Source of the DNA: an uncultured virus (IMG/VR IMGVR_UViG_3300034777_000432)
Taxonomy: Duplodnaviria; Heunggongvirae; Uroviricota; Caudoviricetes
Virus record (IMG/VR): IMGVR_UViG_3300034777_000432
DNA: 64,000 nt
Direction: 5' to 3' (one strand)
The translations under genes and the position numbers were made by a program. Every line of letters begins with the position of its first letter. The first letter of the stretch is position 1. Shown here piece after piece: positions 37,094 to 45,825 of this stretch. Below the pieces are notes generated by a model that was not told the DNA's origin, did no database searches, and saw only the letters and a list, made by a program, of their open reading frames with translations.

Positions 37094-38197
37094 ATGAAAT
37101 CAGTTATTGCAGCTCCTTTTATTCCAATGTCGTTTCAGACAAGCAGCCACAGAGCAGCTCAAGGAATAATCTATGCCGACTTATTAAAACATTATCATAC
37201 AGATAATATCCATGCTAGCTTATCGCGCCCATCTGTACAGGGTGAGGGTGCTAAAGAAGCAAACAAAACTGAAGACTTTAATGAATACGATAGACTTTAT
37301 ATCTATCACGGTAACGATCGTAAAGCAGAATCTACAGATCTTAACTTCTTTGGTGGTACACGTAACTTTCCACATGCATATAATATTCGAAACATATCAC
37401 GTTTTAAAGGAGAAGTATATTCTTTAGAAATGGATATGCCTGATTATGCTACGATGCTTGAAAACAAATTCAATGGTCATAAGCGTAAAGATGGAACGCT
37501 TGATACTATGGTACCAGAGTTTCTTCAGGTAGATATTGATAATCTACGTAAAATGCAGGAAAGAGCAATTACACTTAAACCACAACATCCTACTTGGGAT
37601 AAGCTTTGTATTGGCGATAGTCATGCGATTTGTATGTACCGTGAAGGATGTAATGTTAATTCAGTACCATTTAAAACTCTATATGGCGCTTTAGAGATGG
37701 GTCTTGAAAAATTCATAAATAAAGATAATGTTAAACATATCGAGTGCTACTTTGGTAACATCGATATTCGACATCATTTATGCCGACAAGACGATACTAA
37801 ACAAGCAATACGAGATATTGTTGATCGTTATATAGAACAAGTCGGCGCTTTGGATATGGAAAGTAAAGTGATTTATGAACTACTCCCCATCGAAAACGAA
37901 AGACGTAATCTGCCAAAAAGCGGTTGGTATATGGGTGAGAAGTTTTATGGTTCTTGGGCTGAAAGAAATGATGCAAGACTCTATTTTAAAGAGTACGCAA
38001 TGCAAAAGGTTCAAGGTACAGGTATTGAATTTCGCGAATGGCTTACACCAAGCTATTATAATGAACTTGGAGAGCTTGATTTTAAAGCTATGGAAAAACC
38101 AAAATCTGTCCATCTATCACGTGAATACTATCCTTATTGGCAAGGATTGGAATACAATAATATTAAGAAAACAAGCTTAGAGGACTTTTTTGCATGA
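37094..38197 (+). CDS. Chimeric protein: T4 beta-glucosyltransferase-like N-domain plus SGNH hydrolase/acyltransferase C-domain
   Basis: DFNEYDRLYIY...LNFFGG resembles BGT DVNDYDRLIVV..INFFGG; IGDSH, FGNIDIRHH, SVHL; C-terminal SLEDFF. Confidence 0.55.
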   Translation: MKSVIAAPFIPMSFQTSSHRAAQGIIYADLLKHYHTDNIHASLSRPSVQGEGAKEANKTEDFNEYDRLYIYHGNDRKAESTDLNFFGGTRNFPHAYNIRNISRFKGEVYSLEMDMPDYATMLENKFNGHKRKDGTLDTMVPEFLQVDIDNLRKMQERAITLKPQHPTWDKLCIGDSHAICMYREGCNVNSVPFKTLYGALEMGLEKFINKDNVKHIECYFGNIDIRHHLCRQDDTKQAIRDIVDRYIEQVGALDMESKVIYELLPIENERRNLPKSGWYMGEKFYGSWAERNDARLYFKEYAMQKVQGTGIEFREWLTPSYYNELGELDFKAMEKPKSVHLSREYYPYWQGLEYNNIKKTSLEDFFA

Positions 38198-39405
38198 AAC
38201 ACGCGACAATCATTCCACTTATCGGTGGTGAGGCATTAGCTTCAACCGACGTATTTGGTTCTAGACCAGAATATATCTTATCATACGATGTTTTTAAAGA
38301 CAACGAAAAACATTTACTTAACTATTGGGATTACGAAGTTCCTTATCATGTACTTGATAAAGGTGGTTCTGCTCCACTTGGTGAAAAGATTGATGTAATG
38401 TCTAGTGTTTGTCCTTGTGCTGGTCTCAGTCAATATCATTCTAAGCCTGGTGAAGAAAATCAAAACAATCAATGGATGGAAAAAACTGCTCGATATGTTT
38501 TAGGCGAAGTAAAGCCAAACGTATTCTGGGGAGAGAATGCTCCTGCATTAGTTGGTAAGATTGGCGAGTTTATGCTGAAAAAGCTTAGACAGATTGGCGA
38601 AGAAAACGGATATTCAATGAGTCTATATCTTACAAAGAATATCAAACACGGTGTACCACAATTTCGTAAGCGTACATTTTACTTCTTTTGGAAGAAAGAA
38701 CGTTTTGGCGATCGTACTCCACTACTTACATATTATAATCGTCCTCATAAGAAGATCGAAGACATTATTGCTGGTGTAAAATCAAACTTCCAAGTAGAAC
38801 CAATCAATGAAAAGATTCCAAGTCAAGACGATCCTTATTATCGTTATTTGCTTGAAGAAGTTAATAATGGTATGACTCATCGTGAATATTACGATAGCCT
38901 TAATACAGAAAATGTACGTGGCAATGATGTAGAATCTATGATCGAAAAGGCTGGTCACGACTATAATGTAGTTGGTAAATGGATGGATAAAGAAGGATAT
39001 GAGCGTGAAGTTCCAAAATGCGAACGTAAATATGAAAAGCTTGCATCTGGTGGTAATATTATGAGACGTGGTACTATTGTTCCAAAGGATTACATTGGAG
39101 CTTTTGTTGGCCATTATCCAACTGTTCTCACGCATCCATACGAAGATCGATATATTAATTATCGTGAAGCAATGACTATTATGGGTTTACCTTCTGATTT
39201 CGAATTATTAGATCCTAAGAAATCAGTTAATCATATTTGTCAGAACGTACCTTATCAAACAGCTTCTGATATGTGTGAAGAAATTAAAGCAGTATTTAAC
39301 AATGATCGTCCTTGGGCTGATACAGATTTCTTATTCCAATCTAATATCAATCAAAAACATGAACTGTGGAACAAAGAAGAAGCAACTTTAGAAGCTTTCA
39401 TTTAA
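38194..39405 (+). CDS. DNA cytosine-C5 methyltransferase-fold protein with atypical motif I
   Basis: CPCAGLS (IV), GENAP (VI), PQFRKR (VIII), REAMTIMGLP (IX), QNVP (X); motif I is IPLIGG instead of FxGxGG. Confidence 0.8.
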   Translation: MKHATIIPLIGGEALASTDVFGSRPEYILSYDVFKDNEKHLLNYWDYEVPYHVLDKGGSAPLGEKIDVMSSVCPCAGLSQYHSKPGEENQNNQWMEKTARYVLGEVKPNVFWGENAPALVGKIGEFMLKKLRQIGEENGYSMSLYLTKNIKHGVPQFRKRTFYFFWKKERFGDRTPLLTYYNRPHKKIEDIIAGVKSNFQVEPINEKIPSQDDPYYRYLLEEVNNGMTHREYYDSLNTENVRGNDVESMIEKAGHDYNVVGKWMDKEGYEREVPKCERKYEKLASGGNIMRRGTIVPKDYIGAFVGHYPTVLTHPYEDRYINYREAMTIMGLPSDFELLDPKKSVNHICQNVPYQTASDMCEEIKAVFNNDRPWADTDFLFQSNINQKHELWNKEEATLEAFI

Positions 39406-39408
39406 TAG

Positions 39409-39437
39409 TTGACATTTGTACACATATAAGTTATAAT
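39409..39437 (+). promoter_or_regulatory. Sigma70-type promoter
   Basis: TTGACA-N17-TATAAT. Confidence 0.85.
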
Positions 39438-39461
39438 ATAATCTAACGTTGAAGGAATAAT

Positions 39462-40106
39462 ATGAAACACTTTATTATAGATTTTGAGACTATAGGTCAA
39501 CATGCTGCAGTTGTACCTGCTATTGATTGTTCCTATACTACGTTTGAATGGGAACGATTTATCGAGCAACCTTATTCTTTTAAAGAACTTGTTCTCGGCG
39601 TGACTCAAGATAAATTTGATATTAAAGATCAAATGGTTAATCACGGTTGTAAATACAATGAACGTGATCTTCAATGGTGGTTAGATCAGCCACCAGCGCT
39701 TCGTACAAATATGAAGCCAAACCCAGACCTTGATCTTAATCCTGTACAGTTTATGGAAAAGTTTATCAATTACTTAAGAGCTGAAGGACCAATTAGTCAT
39801 TGGTGGTCAAGATCAAATACTTTTGATCCAGTAATACTAGAACGTATTGCTCAAAATGCTGATAAGAGTTCATTGCTAAATGATTACCTTAAGTATTGGG
39901 CAGTAAGAGATACTCGTACATATATCGATGCTAAGTTTGATTTTAATGTACCGGGTGGAAAGAACGGATTTATTCCTGTATCCGACATTGCAAAATGGGA
40001 ATACAATTTTAAAGCACATGATAGTAAACATGATGTTGCTGCAGATATTCTGAGGTTACAAGCTATCGTAAGAGCTGAAGCAGATTTGGAGCAAATTGAA
40101 ATATGA
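39462..40106 (+). CDS. dexA: 3'-5' exonuclease DexA-like (DEDDh)
   Basis: IIDFET, WSRSNTFD, RDTRT, HDSKHDVAAD. Confidence 0.85.
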   Translation: MKHFIIDFETIGQHAAVVPAIDCSYTTFEWERFIEQPYSFKELVLGVTQDKFDIKDQMVNHGCKYNERDLQWWLDQPPALRTNMKPNPDLDLNPVQFMEKFINYLRAEGPISHWWSRSNTFDPVILERIAQNADKSSLLNDYLKYWAVRDTRTYIDAKFDFNVPGGKNGFIPVSDIAKWEYNFKAHDSKHDVAADILRLQAIVRAEADLEQIEI

Positions 40107-40960
40107 AAATAGAAGTAAGTATTGAAGAATTACGAAAACAAAAAATCTTTGTAGGTACACCTATGTATGGCGCTCAATGTGCTGGTACATATACCAAAGC
40201 ATCTACAGATCTTGCTACGATGTGCGCTACTAATGGTATTGGTATTCATTTCTATTACCTATTTAATGAGAGCTTGGTTCAGAGGGCACGTAACTATATC
40301 GTTGACGAGTTTCTAAGATCTGATTGTACTCATTTATTGTTTATAGATGCCGACATTGGTTTTAATCCACGTGACGTATTAGGTCTAATGGCAGTTAACT
40401 TAAAAGATCCAGAAGAATATAATATTGTTACAGGTCCTTATCCTAAGAAAACTATTGCTTGGGAAAAGATTAACAAAGCTGCAGATGCCGGCTTTGGTAA
40501 AGAAAACCCATTTGAATTAGAAAACTATGCTGCAGATTATGTCTTTAATCCAGTTAAAAAGCAAAATTCATTTAAGATGAATGAACCAATGGAGATTGGA
40601 GAAGGTGGTACAGGCTTTATGCTTATAGCACGTGAAACATTTACTAAGTTTGCTGCAGCTTACCCTGAACTTGAATACAAACCAGATCATGCTCGTACTG
40701 ATAATTTTGACGGAAGTCGAATGATTACAGCATTCTTTGATTGTATTATTGATCCAGAAACTAAACGCTATCTATCAGAAGATTACTTCTTTTGTAAGAA
40801 AGCACGACAAGCTGGTCTAAGAGTTTGGATGTGTCCTTGGATGCAATTACAACATGTTGGTACATATATCTTTAAAGGATCTCTTGGCCACATGGGGCAG
40901 CTTGGTACATCGCTTACTGCCGATAAATCAAGCAGCAAAAAGTCTTACAAGAAAAAATGA
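40103..40960 (+). CDS. GT-A fold glycosyltransferase-like protein
   Basis: TPMYG, NESLVQRARN, LFIDADI, GTGFMLI, YLSEDYFFC, L.HVG. Confidence 0.7.
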   Translation: MKIEVSIEELRKQKIFVGTPMYGAQCAGTYTKASTDLATMCATNGIGIHFYYLFNESLVQRARNYIVDEFLRSDCTHLLFIDADIGFNPRDVLGLMAVNLKDPEEYNIVTGPYPKKTIAWEKINKAADAGFGKENPFELENYAADYVFNPVKKQNSFKMNEPMEIGEGGTGFMLIARETFTKFAAAYPELEYKPDHARTDNFDGSRMITAFFDCIIDPETKRYLSEDYFFCKKARQAGLRVWMCPWMQLQHVGTYIFKGSLGHMGQLGTSLTADKSSSKKSYKKK

Positions 40961-40969
40961 AAATAACAG

Positions 40970-40998
40970 TTGACAATACGCAGATACTATGGTACTAT
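40970..40998 (+). promoter_or_regulatory. Sigma70-type promoter
   Basis: TTGACA-N17-TACTAT, AATAACAG upstream. Confidence 0.75.
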
Positions 40999-41029
40999 TA
41001 ATAAATAAACAAACTAGGAGCTTTATATA

Positions 41030-41692
41030 ATGAAATTTAGTGAACGTACTCTTACGATTCTTAAGAGTTTTTCGAGCATCAACAAGTCTATCCTAATGAA
41101 GGAAGGCAATGTTCTTAAGACAGTAACACCGGAAAAAACACTTGTAGCAACTGCTACAATCCCAGATCAGATCCCATCACAAGCATGTGTATATGATCTA
41201 TCTCGGTTCTTATCTATTCTAGGTCTTTACAAAGATCCAGAAGTAGAGTTTCATGATAAATACTTCATGATTACCGCGGGCAAACAACGTACTAAGTATG
41301 TTTATGCCGACATCTCAATGATTCATGCTGCTCCAGAGAAAGATATTACTCTTCCCTCTGCAGATGTTGAAGTGAATGTATCGTGGGAAGATCTTCAGTC
41401 AGTAATTAAAGCTGCTGGTGTTCTTCAATTTAGCGAAGTTGCTTTTGTTGGCCAAGAAGGTAAAATTTACCTGAAAGCTATTGACGGCAACAATGAAAAT
41501 TCTGATGATTATGGTGTTGAAATTGGCACAACTTCTGATGAATTTAAGATTATTGTGAAAACTGATAATCTCAAGCTTTTACCTCAGGACTATAAAGTTA
41601 CGCTTTGCGCAAAGGGTATCTCTGAGTTTAAAGGCGAAGGTGTCACATATTTTGTGGCAATTGATACTAAGTCGACTTATAAAAAAGGATAA
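41030..41692 (+). CDS. 45: Sliding clamp gp45
   Basis: TLTILKSFSSINKSI, YDLSRFL, NLKLLPQDY, YFVA. Confidence 0.92.
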   Translation: MKFSERTLTILKSFSSINKSILMKEGNVLKTVTPEKTLVATATIPDQIPSQACVYDLSRFLSILGLYKDPEVEFHDKYFMITAGKQRTKYVYADISMIHAAPEKDITLPSADVEVNVSWEDLQSVIKAAGVLQFSEVAFVGQEGKIYLKAIDGNNENSDDYGVEIGTTSDEFKIIVKTDNLKLLPQDYKVTLCAKGISEFKGEGVTYFVAIDTKSTYKKG

Positions 41693-41986
41693 ATGAATAT
41701 GAGTGAACAACAAAACCCGCAAGCTCAGGGTCAAGAGCAACAAGAACCAGTACAAATCTCTTTGCAAGATATTGCAACCGTAGTACAGCTAATTGATGTT
41801 GTATCACGTAGAGGTGGTATTGAAGGTAATGAAATGGCTGGCGTAGGTATGCTACGTAATAAGCTTGAAGTCTTCTTGCGTCAAAACGCGCCTGAAGGTG
41901 AAGCTCCACAGGGTGAAATGCCTGCAGACGCAGCTCCGGCTGATGTACCAGCGGAAGCTCCGCTTGCTGATAAAGTTTCAGCGTAA
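41693..41986 (+). CDS. Conserved hypothetical protein
   Basis: LQDI..VVQLIDVVSRRGGIEGNEMAGVG. Confidence 0.65.
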   Translation: MNMSEQQNPQAQGQEQQEPVQISLQDIATVVQLIDVVSRRGGIEGNEMAGVGMLRNKLEVFLRQNAPEGEAPQGEMPADAAPADVPAEAPLADKVSA

Positions 41987-42064
41987 AAGCCTTATGAACG
42001 ACCAAGGGCTCTCGTTGATAAACAAACCCTTATTTTATTTTTATATTATGATTGGTGAAACTAT

Positions 42065-43018
42065 ATGGCTATTGAATCAAAGGCAAATGAAGTGTTGTGG
42101 GTTGAAAAGTATCGACCTCAAAAAATTGACGACACTATCCTTCCTGAAAAAACCAAGGCTGCTTTCAAAAAGTTTGTAGAAGACGAAAGCATTCCTAACC
42201 TGCTACTTACTGGTGGTCCAGGCGTTGGTAAAACTACTATCGCTAAAGCAATGCTCGAAGAGCTAGGTTGTGATTACATTGTAAAGAATGGTTCCCTTAA
42301 CGTGAATATCGATACTCTTCGGTATGAAATATCTACATATGCATCCTCAGTATCTCTTACTGGTGGACGTAAGTACGTAATCTTTGATGAAGCTGATTAT
42401 CTAAACGCTACATCAGTACAACCCGCCTTACGTAACTTTATTGAAGAATACTCTTCCAATTGCGGGTTTATCTTTACATGTAACTTTAAAAATCGTATCA
42501 TTGAACCACTTAGGTCTCGTTTGTCTGAAGTAGATTTTACTATTGAGACATCACAACGTCCTAAAATGGCAATGCAATTCTTCAAGCGCGTAAATGCTAT
42601 ACTTGATGATCAAGGTGTTGAATACGATAAACCAGTTCTTGCTAAAGTTATTGAACGTCACTTTCCTGATTTCCGTAGGGTATTAACTGAACTTCAAACA
42701 TATGCTTCCTCTGGTCGTATTGATGAAGGTATCTTTGTTAATCTCAAACAAGAGTCTATGGACGAAATGTTTAAACTTCTTAAAACAAAAAACTTTACAG
42801 GTATGCGCAAATGGGTTGCATCAAACTCTGATCAAGATATGAACGAAATGTTCAGACGTATCTATGATATGGCAACTGATAAAGTTGAACTTAAATCTAT
42901 GCCAGGCTTCGTAGTTACTCTTGCTGATTATATGTACAAAGCAAACTTTGTAGCTGATCTCGAAGTTAATATGGTTGCATTTCTAACAGAAGTAATGTTG
43001 GAGTCCGAATACAAATGA
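42065..43018 (+). CDS. 44: Clamp loader large subunit gp44
   Basis: LWVEKYRP, GPGVGKTT, DEAD, PLRSR, FPDFRR. Confidence 0.95.
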   Translation: MAIESKANEVLWVEKYRPQKIDDTILPEKTKAAFKKFVEDESIPNLLLTGGPGVGKTTIAKAMLEELGCDYIVKNGSLNVNIDTLRYEISTYASSVSLTGGRKYVIFDEADYLNATSVQPALRNFIEEYSSNCGFIFTCNFKNRIIEPLRSRLSEVDFTIETSQRPKMAMQFFKRVNAILDDQGVEYDKPVLAKVIERHFPDFRRVLTELQTYASSGRIDEGIFVNLKQESMDEMFKLLKTKNFTGMRKWVASNSDQDMNEMFRRIYDMATDKVELKSMPGFVVTLADYMYKANFVADLEVNMVAFLTEVMLESEYK

Positions 43019-43233
43019 GTGAAATAGCAGCATCAACAAACGTACCAATAGTGTTAAGTTCCTATATGACTACAGAAGTAGTTAATGGAAAAACTATGCA
43101 AGTACATGTTCGACATGTTGAAAGAAATGGTGAAGTTGTAGTTGAAAAAGTTCAATACACCACTTATAATGCTAATGGTACATTAAACCAACCACTTGAG
43201 GACCACGGCCAAGTCGTGGATATTTTATTATGA
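43015..43233 (+). CDS. Hypothetical protein
   Basis: ATGA overlap with gp44. Confidence 0.55.
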   Translation: MSEIAASTNVPIVLSSYMTTEVVNGKTMQVHVRHVERNGEVVVEKVQYTTYNANGTLNQPLEDHGQVVDILL

Positions 43234-43400
43234 TTTTAGATTTATTTTATAACGTGTTTACAGGTGCAATTGCAGTCGCTATAATTTATTTTGGCTGTAA
43301 AGTTCTGTGGGTTTCTACATTAATACTCGACGAAAGAAAGAAAAACTGGCGAGCAGGTACTCATGACTACTACGGAAATCGTATCGAGGATCAAGATTAA
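43230..43400 (+). CDS. Small membrane protein (56 aa)
   Basis: ATGA and TAATG couplings; TM helix; GTHDYYGN tail. Confidence 0.5.
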   Translation: MILDLFYNVFTGAIAVAIIYFGCKVLWVSTLILDERKKNWRAGTHDYYGNRIEDQD

Positions 43401-43603
43401 TGTTCGGTTGGACTATCAAGAAAGTAAAAAAGACTGTCCAATGTTTTAATTGTGGAGTGGACGTTGATCCTGAGATCGCGTTTAATGTAAAGTTTAATAC
43501 TGCTGAAGGACTACATACTCTTAAATCATGTCAAGCATGTGCTGATGAAGTTAATGAAGTTCTTAAAGCTATTGAGGAGGCAAGAAATGACAATGCCATG
43601 TGA
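43400..43603 (+). CDS. Zinc-ribbon protein
   Basis: CFNC...CQAC. Confidence 0.6.
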   Translation: MFGWTIKKVKKTVQCFNCGVDVDPEIAFNVKFNTAEGLHTLKSCQACADEVNEVLKAIEEARNDNAM

Positions 43604-43793
43604 ACGCAAATGGGCTATTGACAATGCACGCATTTTTTTATATAATCTATTAGATCCTAAGAAAACACCTCGCATTCCTAAAGCAATAAGACTTGAAGCA
43701 GGTCGTTGCTTAAAACACTATCCTGGTGAATACTATATGGAAGAAGCTCAGAAGTTAGCACCCGAGGTATTTGGAGAATTTAAAGATGGCTAA
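43587..43793 (+). CDS. Conserved hypothetical protein
   Basis: GAGG RBS; MTMP.ER...FL..LLDPKKTPRIP...CLKHYP. Confidence 0.65.
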   Translation: MTMPCERKWAIDNARIFLYNLLDPKKTPRIPKAIRLEAGRCLKHYPGEYYMEEAQKLAPEVFGEFKDG

Positions 43794-44190
43794 AGATTAT
43801 AACCCGTTTGATTTTATGAATGCAGTATCTTTTACTAAAGAAGATCTGATTAAAAATCATGATAATCCAGATATGATTGAAAAGCAATATACTCCATATG
43901 TAGTCAATCGTGGATTCACTAACTTTGAAGATACTATTCTTCATGCGAATGAAATGAATATGAGACACCATCTATTCGAAGGTGCTCAATTTGATTATTA
44001 CCGAGGAGCTTTACGTAAGCGTAAGCGTTTCTCAAAGTGGCCAAAGGCTGACAAAAGTGTTGACCTTGATGCCATTCAACAAGTTTATAATTGCAATCGT
44101 ACAGTTGCTAAATTATATTATAAGGCGTTATCGCAAGATGATATGAAATCTGTTAAGAACAAACTCACAATAGGTGGAAGTTCAAAATAG
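43786..44190 (+). CDS. 62: Clamp loader small subunit gp62
   Basis: PFDF.NA, Y.PYVVNR, ANEMN, RKRKRFSKW, GG. Confidence 0.9.
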   Translation: MAKDYNPFDFMNAVSFTKEDLIKNHDNPDMIEKQYTPYVVNRGFTNFEDTILHANEMNMRHHLFEGAQFDYYRGALRKRKRFSKWPKADKSVDLDAIQQVYNCNRTVAKLYYKALSQDDMKSVKNKLTIGGSSK

Positions 44191-44266
44191 AATAAATATA
44201 TTGGATGCAACATTTGACGCATCGTGATAACAACAAAAAATAATTTAAAATAAGGTGCTGTACGTT

Positions 44267-44671
44267 ATGGAAACAGAAGACATTTTCAAAGGTGTCGGTA
44301 TAGAAGTTTCGCTTCCTTCCCCAGATAGTTTTTTAAAAGTTAAAGAGACTTTAACTCGAATTGGCATTTCTTCTCGTAAAGAAAAGAAGTTATATCAAAC
44401 ATGCCACATTTTGCATAAGCAGGGAAGATACGCAATTCTACATTTCAAGGAATTGTTTATACTCGACGGAAAAAAGAATACATTTACAGAAGAAGATAAA
44501 GCAAGACGTAATACGATTGTTAAACTTCTGGAAGAATGGGAGTTATGTTCTATTGTGCATGAAGATGCAACAGGCGAACTTGCTGCTCCTCTTAATCAAA
44601 TCAAAATTTTATCACACAAAGAAAAATCAAATTGGACACTTGAAGCTAAATATAATATTGGGAAAAAGTAA
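44267..44671 (+). CDS. regA: Translational repressor RegA
   Basis: FLKVKETLTRIGI, LYQTCHILHKQG.YAILHFKELF.LDG, RRNTI. Confidence 0.95.
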   Translation: METEDIFKGVGIEVSLPSPDSFLKVKETLTRIGISSRKEKKLYQTCHILHKQGRYAILHFKELFILDGKKNTFTEEDKARRNTIVKLLEEWELCSIVHEDATGELAAPLNQIKILSHKEKSNWTLEAKYNIGKK

Positions 44672-44674
44672 ATT

Positions 44675-45184
44675 ATGAATGTTTATAAGGTGAATGATCG
44701 GGCATCCGTGCCTGAATACGCAACAGCTGGATCAGCTTGTTTCGATATTAAAGCATGTATTACTCGTGGTCAGCGTTTAAGATCATATAACGCATTTAAC
44801 AAAGAAATGCAAATTGTAGTTAAGGGTGTTGGTGGAAATCCAGACTCATTTCAACTACCTCCAGGAATTCGAGTATTAGTACCAACCGGTCTTATCTTCG
44901 ATATTCCAGAAAAGCATGTAATGAAAATGTATATTCGCTCCAGTCAAGCTCTAAAGAAAGGGTTGACAATGGTAAATGGAGTTGGTATAATCGATTCTGA
45001 TTATGTAGAAGAATCTTTCATGATGCTGGAAAACATTTCAGACAGCATGGCTCTAATCGAGCATGGCGAGCGTATTGCTCAATGTTTAATCGAAAAAACT
45101 CTTCGTACTAAAATAGTAGAGACAACAGATAAACCAGGAATCAAAACTGACCGTGACGGTGGCTTTGGTTCAACAGATGAATAA
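44675..45184 (+). CDS. dut: Trimeric dUTPase
   Basis: GSACFD, PTG, RSS, GIIDSDY, ERIAQ, RDGGFGST. Confidence 0.93.
   Translation: MNVYKVNDRASVPEYATAGSACFDIKACITRGQRLRSYNAFNKEMQIVVKGVGGNPDSFQLPPGIRVLVPTGLIFDIPEKHVMKMYIRSSQALKKGLTMVNGVGIIDSDYVEESFMMLENISDSMALIEHGERIAQCLIEKTLRTKIVETTDKPGIKTDRDGGFGSTDE
44963..44991 (+). promoter_or_regulatory. Intragenic sigma70-type promoter upstream of hsp20
   Basis: Perfect TTGACA-N17-TATAAT within dut; late TATAAATA also at 45235-45242. Confidence 0.5.
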
Positions 45185-45243
45185 AGGTTATTACAAAAAG
45201 TAATAACTTTTTTTAAGAATATACAATTTTTGTATATAAATAA

Positions 45244-45344
45244 ATGTGTAAGAATGCTGAATTATCGGGTTCTTACATGTTAAACCGGTCGGATTTAATC
45301 GACCAAATATAAATCTTGCTTAATTTAAAGGAGATAGCAAAATG
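45244..45344 (+). promoter_or_regulatory. ROSE-like RNA thermometer in hsp20 5' UTR
   Basis: Hairpins TGTAAGAA/TTCTTACA and GGTCG/CGACC, then ATCTTGCT pairing with SD AAGGAGAT (UUGCU motif). Confidence 0.55.
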
Positions 45345-45800
45345 ACTAATACACGAAGAATGACAACAGACTTGCTTAGCGATCCATTTTTTATTGGATT
45401 TGATAGAGTTCTAAATAGAATGCAGAACTCGACTCCAGGTCAAACGAATTACCCTCCATACAACATTGTAAAGTTAGACGACGACAGATACACCATTGAA
45501 ATTGCTGTAGCTGGCTTTGATGAGAACGAAATAGAGGTGGAACTTAAAGAAGGCGTACTAAACGTCTTCGCAGAAAAAGATTCTAAAGATGAAGGTGAAT
45601 ACCTACATAAAGGAATCTCTGCTAGAGCCTTCAGACGCTCATTTACTCTTTCAGACACTATTGTGGTTAATGGAGCCGATCTAGTTAACGGGATCTTGGC
45701 CATTGAACTAGAGAACGTGATACCTGAAGAGAAGAAACCTCGTAAAATTGACATCGGCAAAAAAAGTAAATCTGGTAAGAGAACGCTTTTAAACGAATAG
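45342..45800 (+). CDS. Small heat-shock protein Hsp20 (IbpA-like)
   Basis: YPPYNI, IAVAGF, YLHKGISAR.F.R.F.L, NGIL, PEEKKPRKI. Confidence 0.93.
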   Translation: MTNTRRMTTDLLSDPFFIGFDRVLNRMQNSTPGQTNYPPYNIVKLDDDRYTIEIAVAGFDENEIEVELKEGVLNVFAEKDSKDEGEYLHKGISARAFRRSFTLSDTIVVNGADLVNGILAIELENVIPEEKKPRKIDIGKKSKSGKRTLLNE

Positions 45801-45825
45801 CCGGCCTTAAGGAGGGCCAAGCCAA

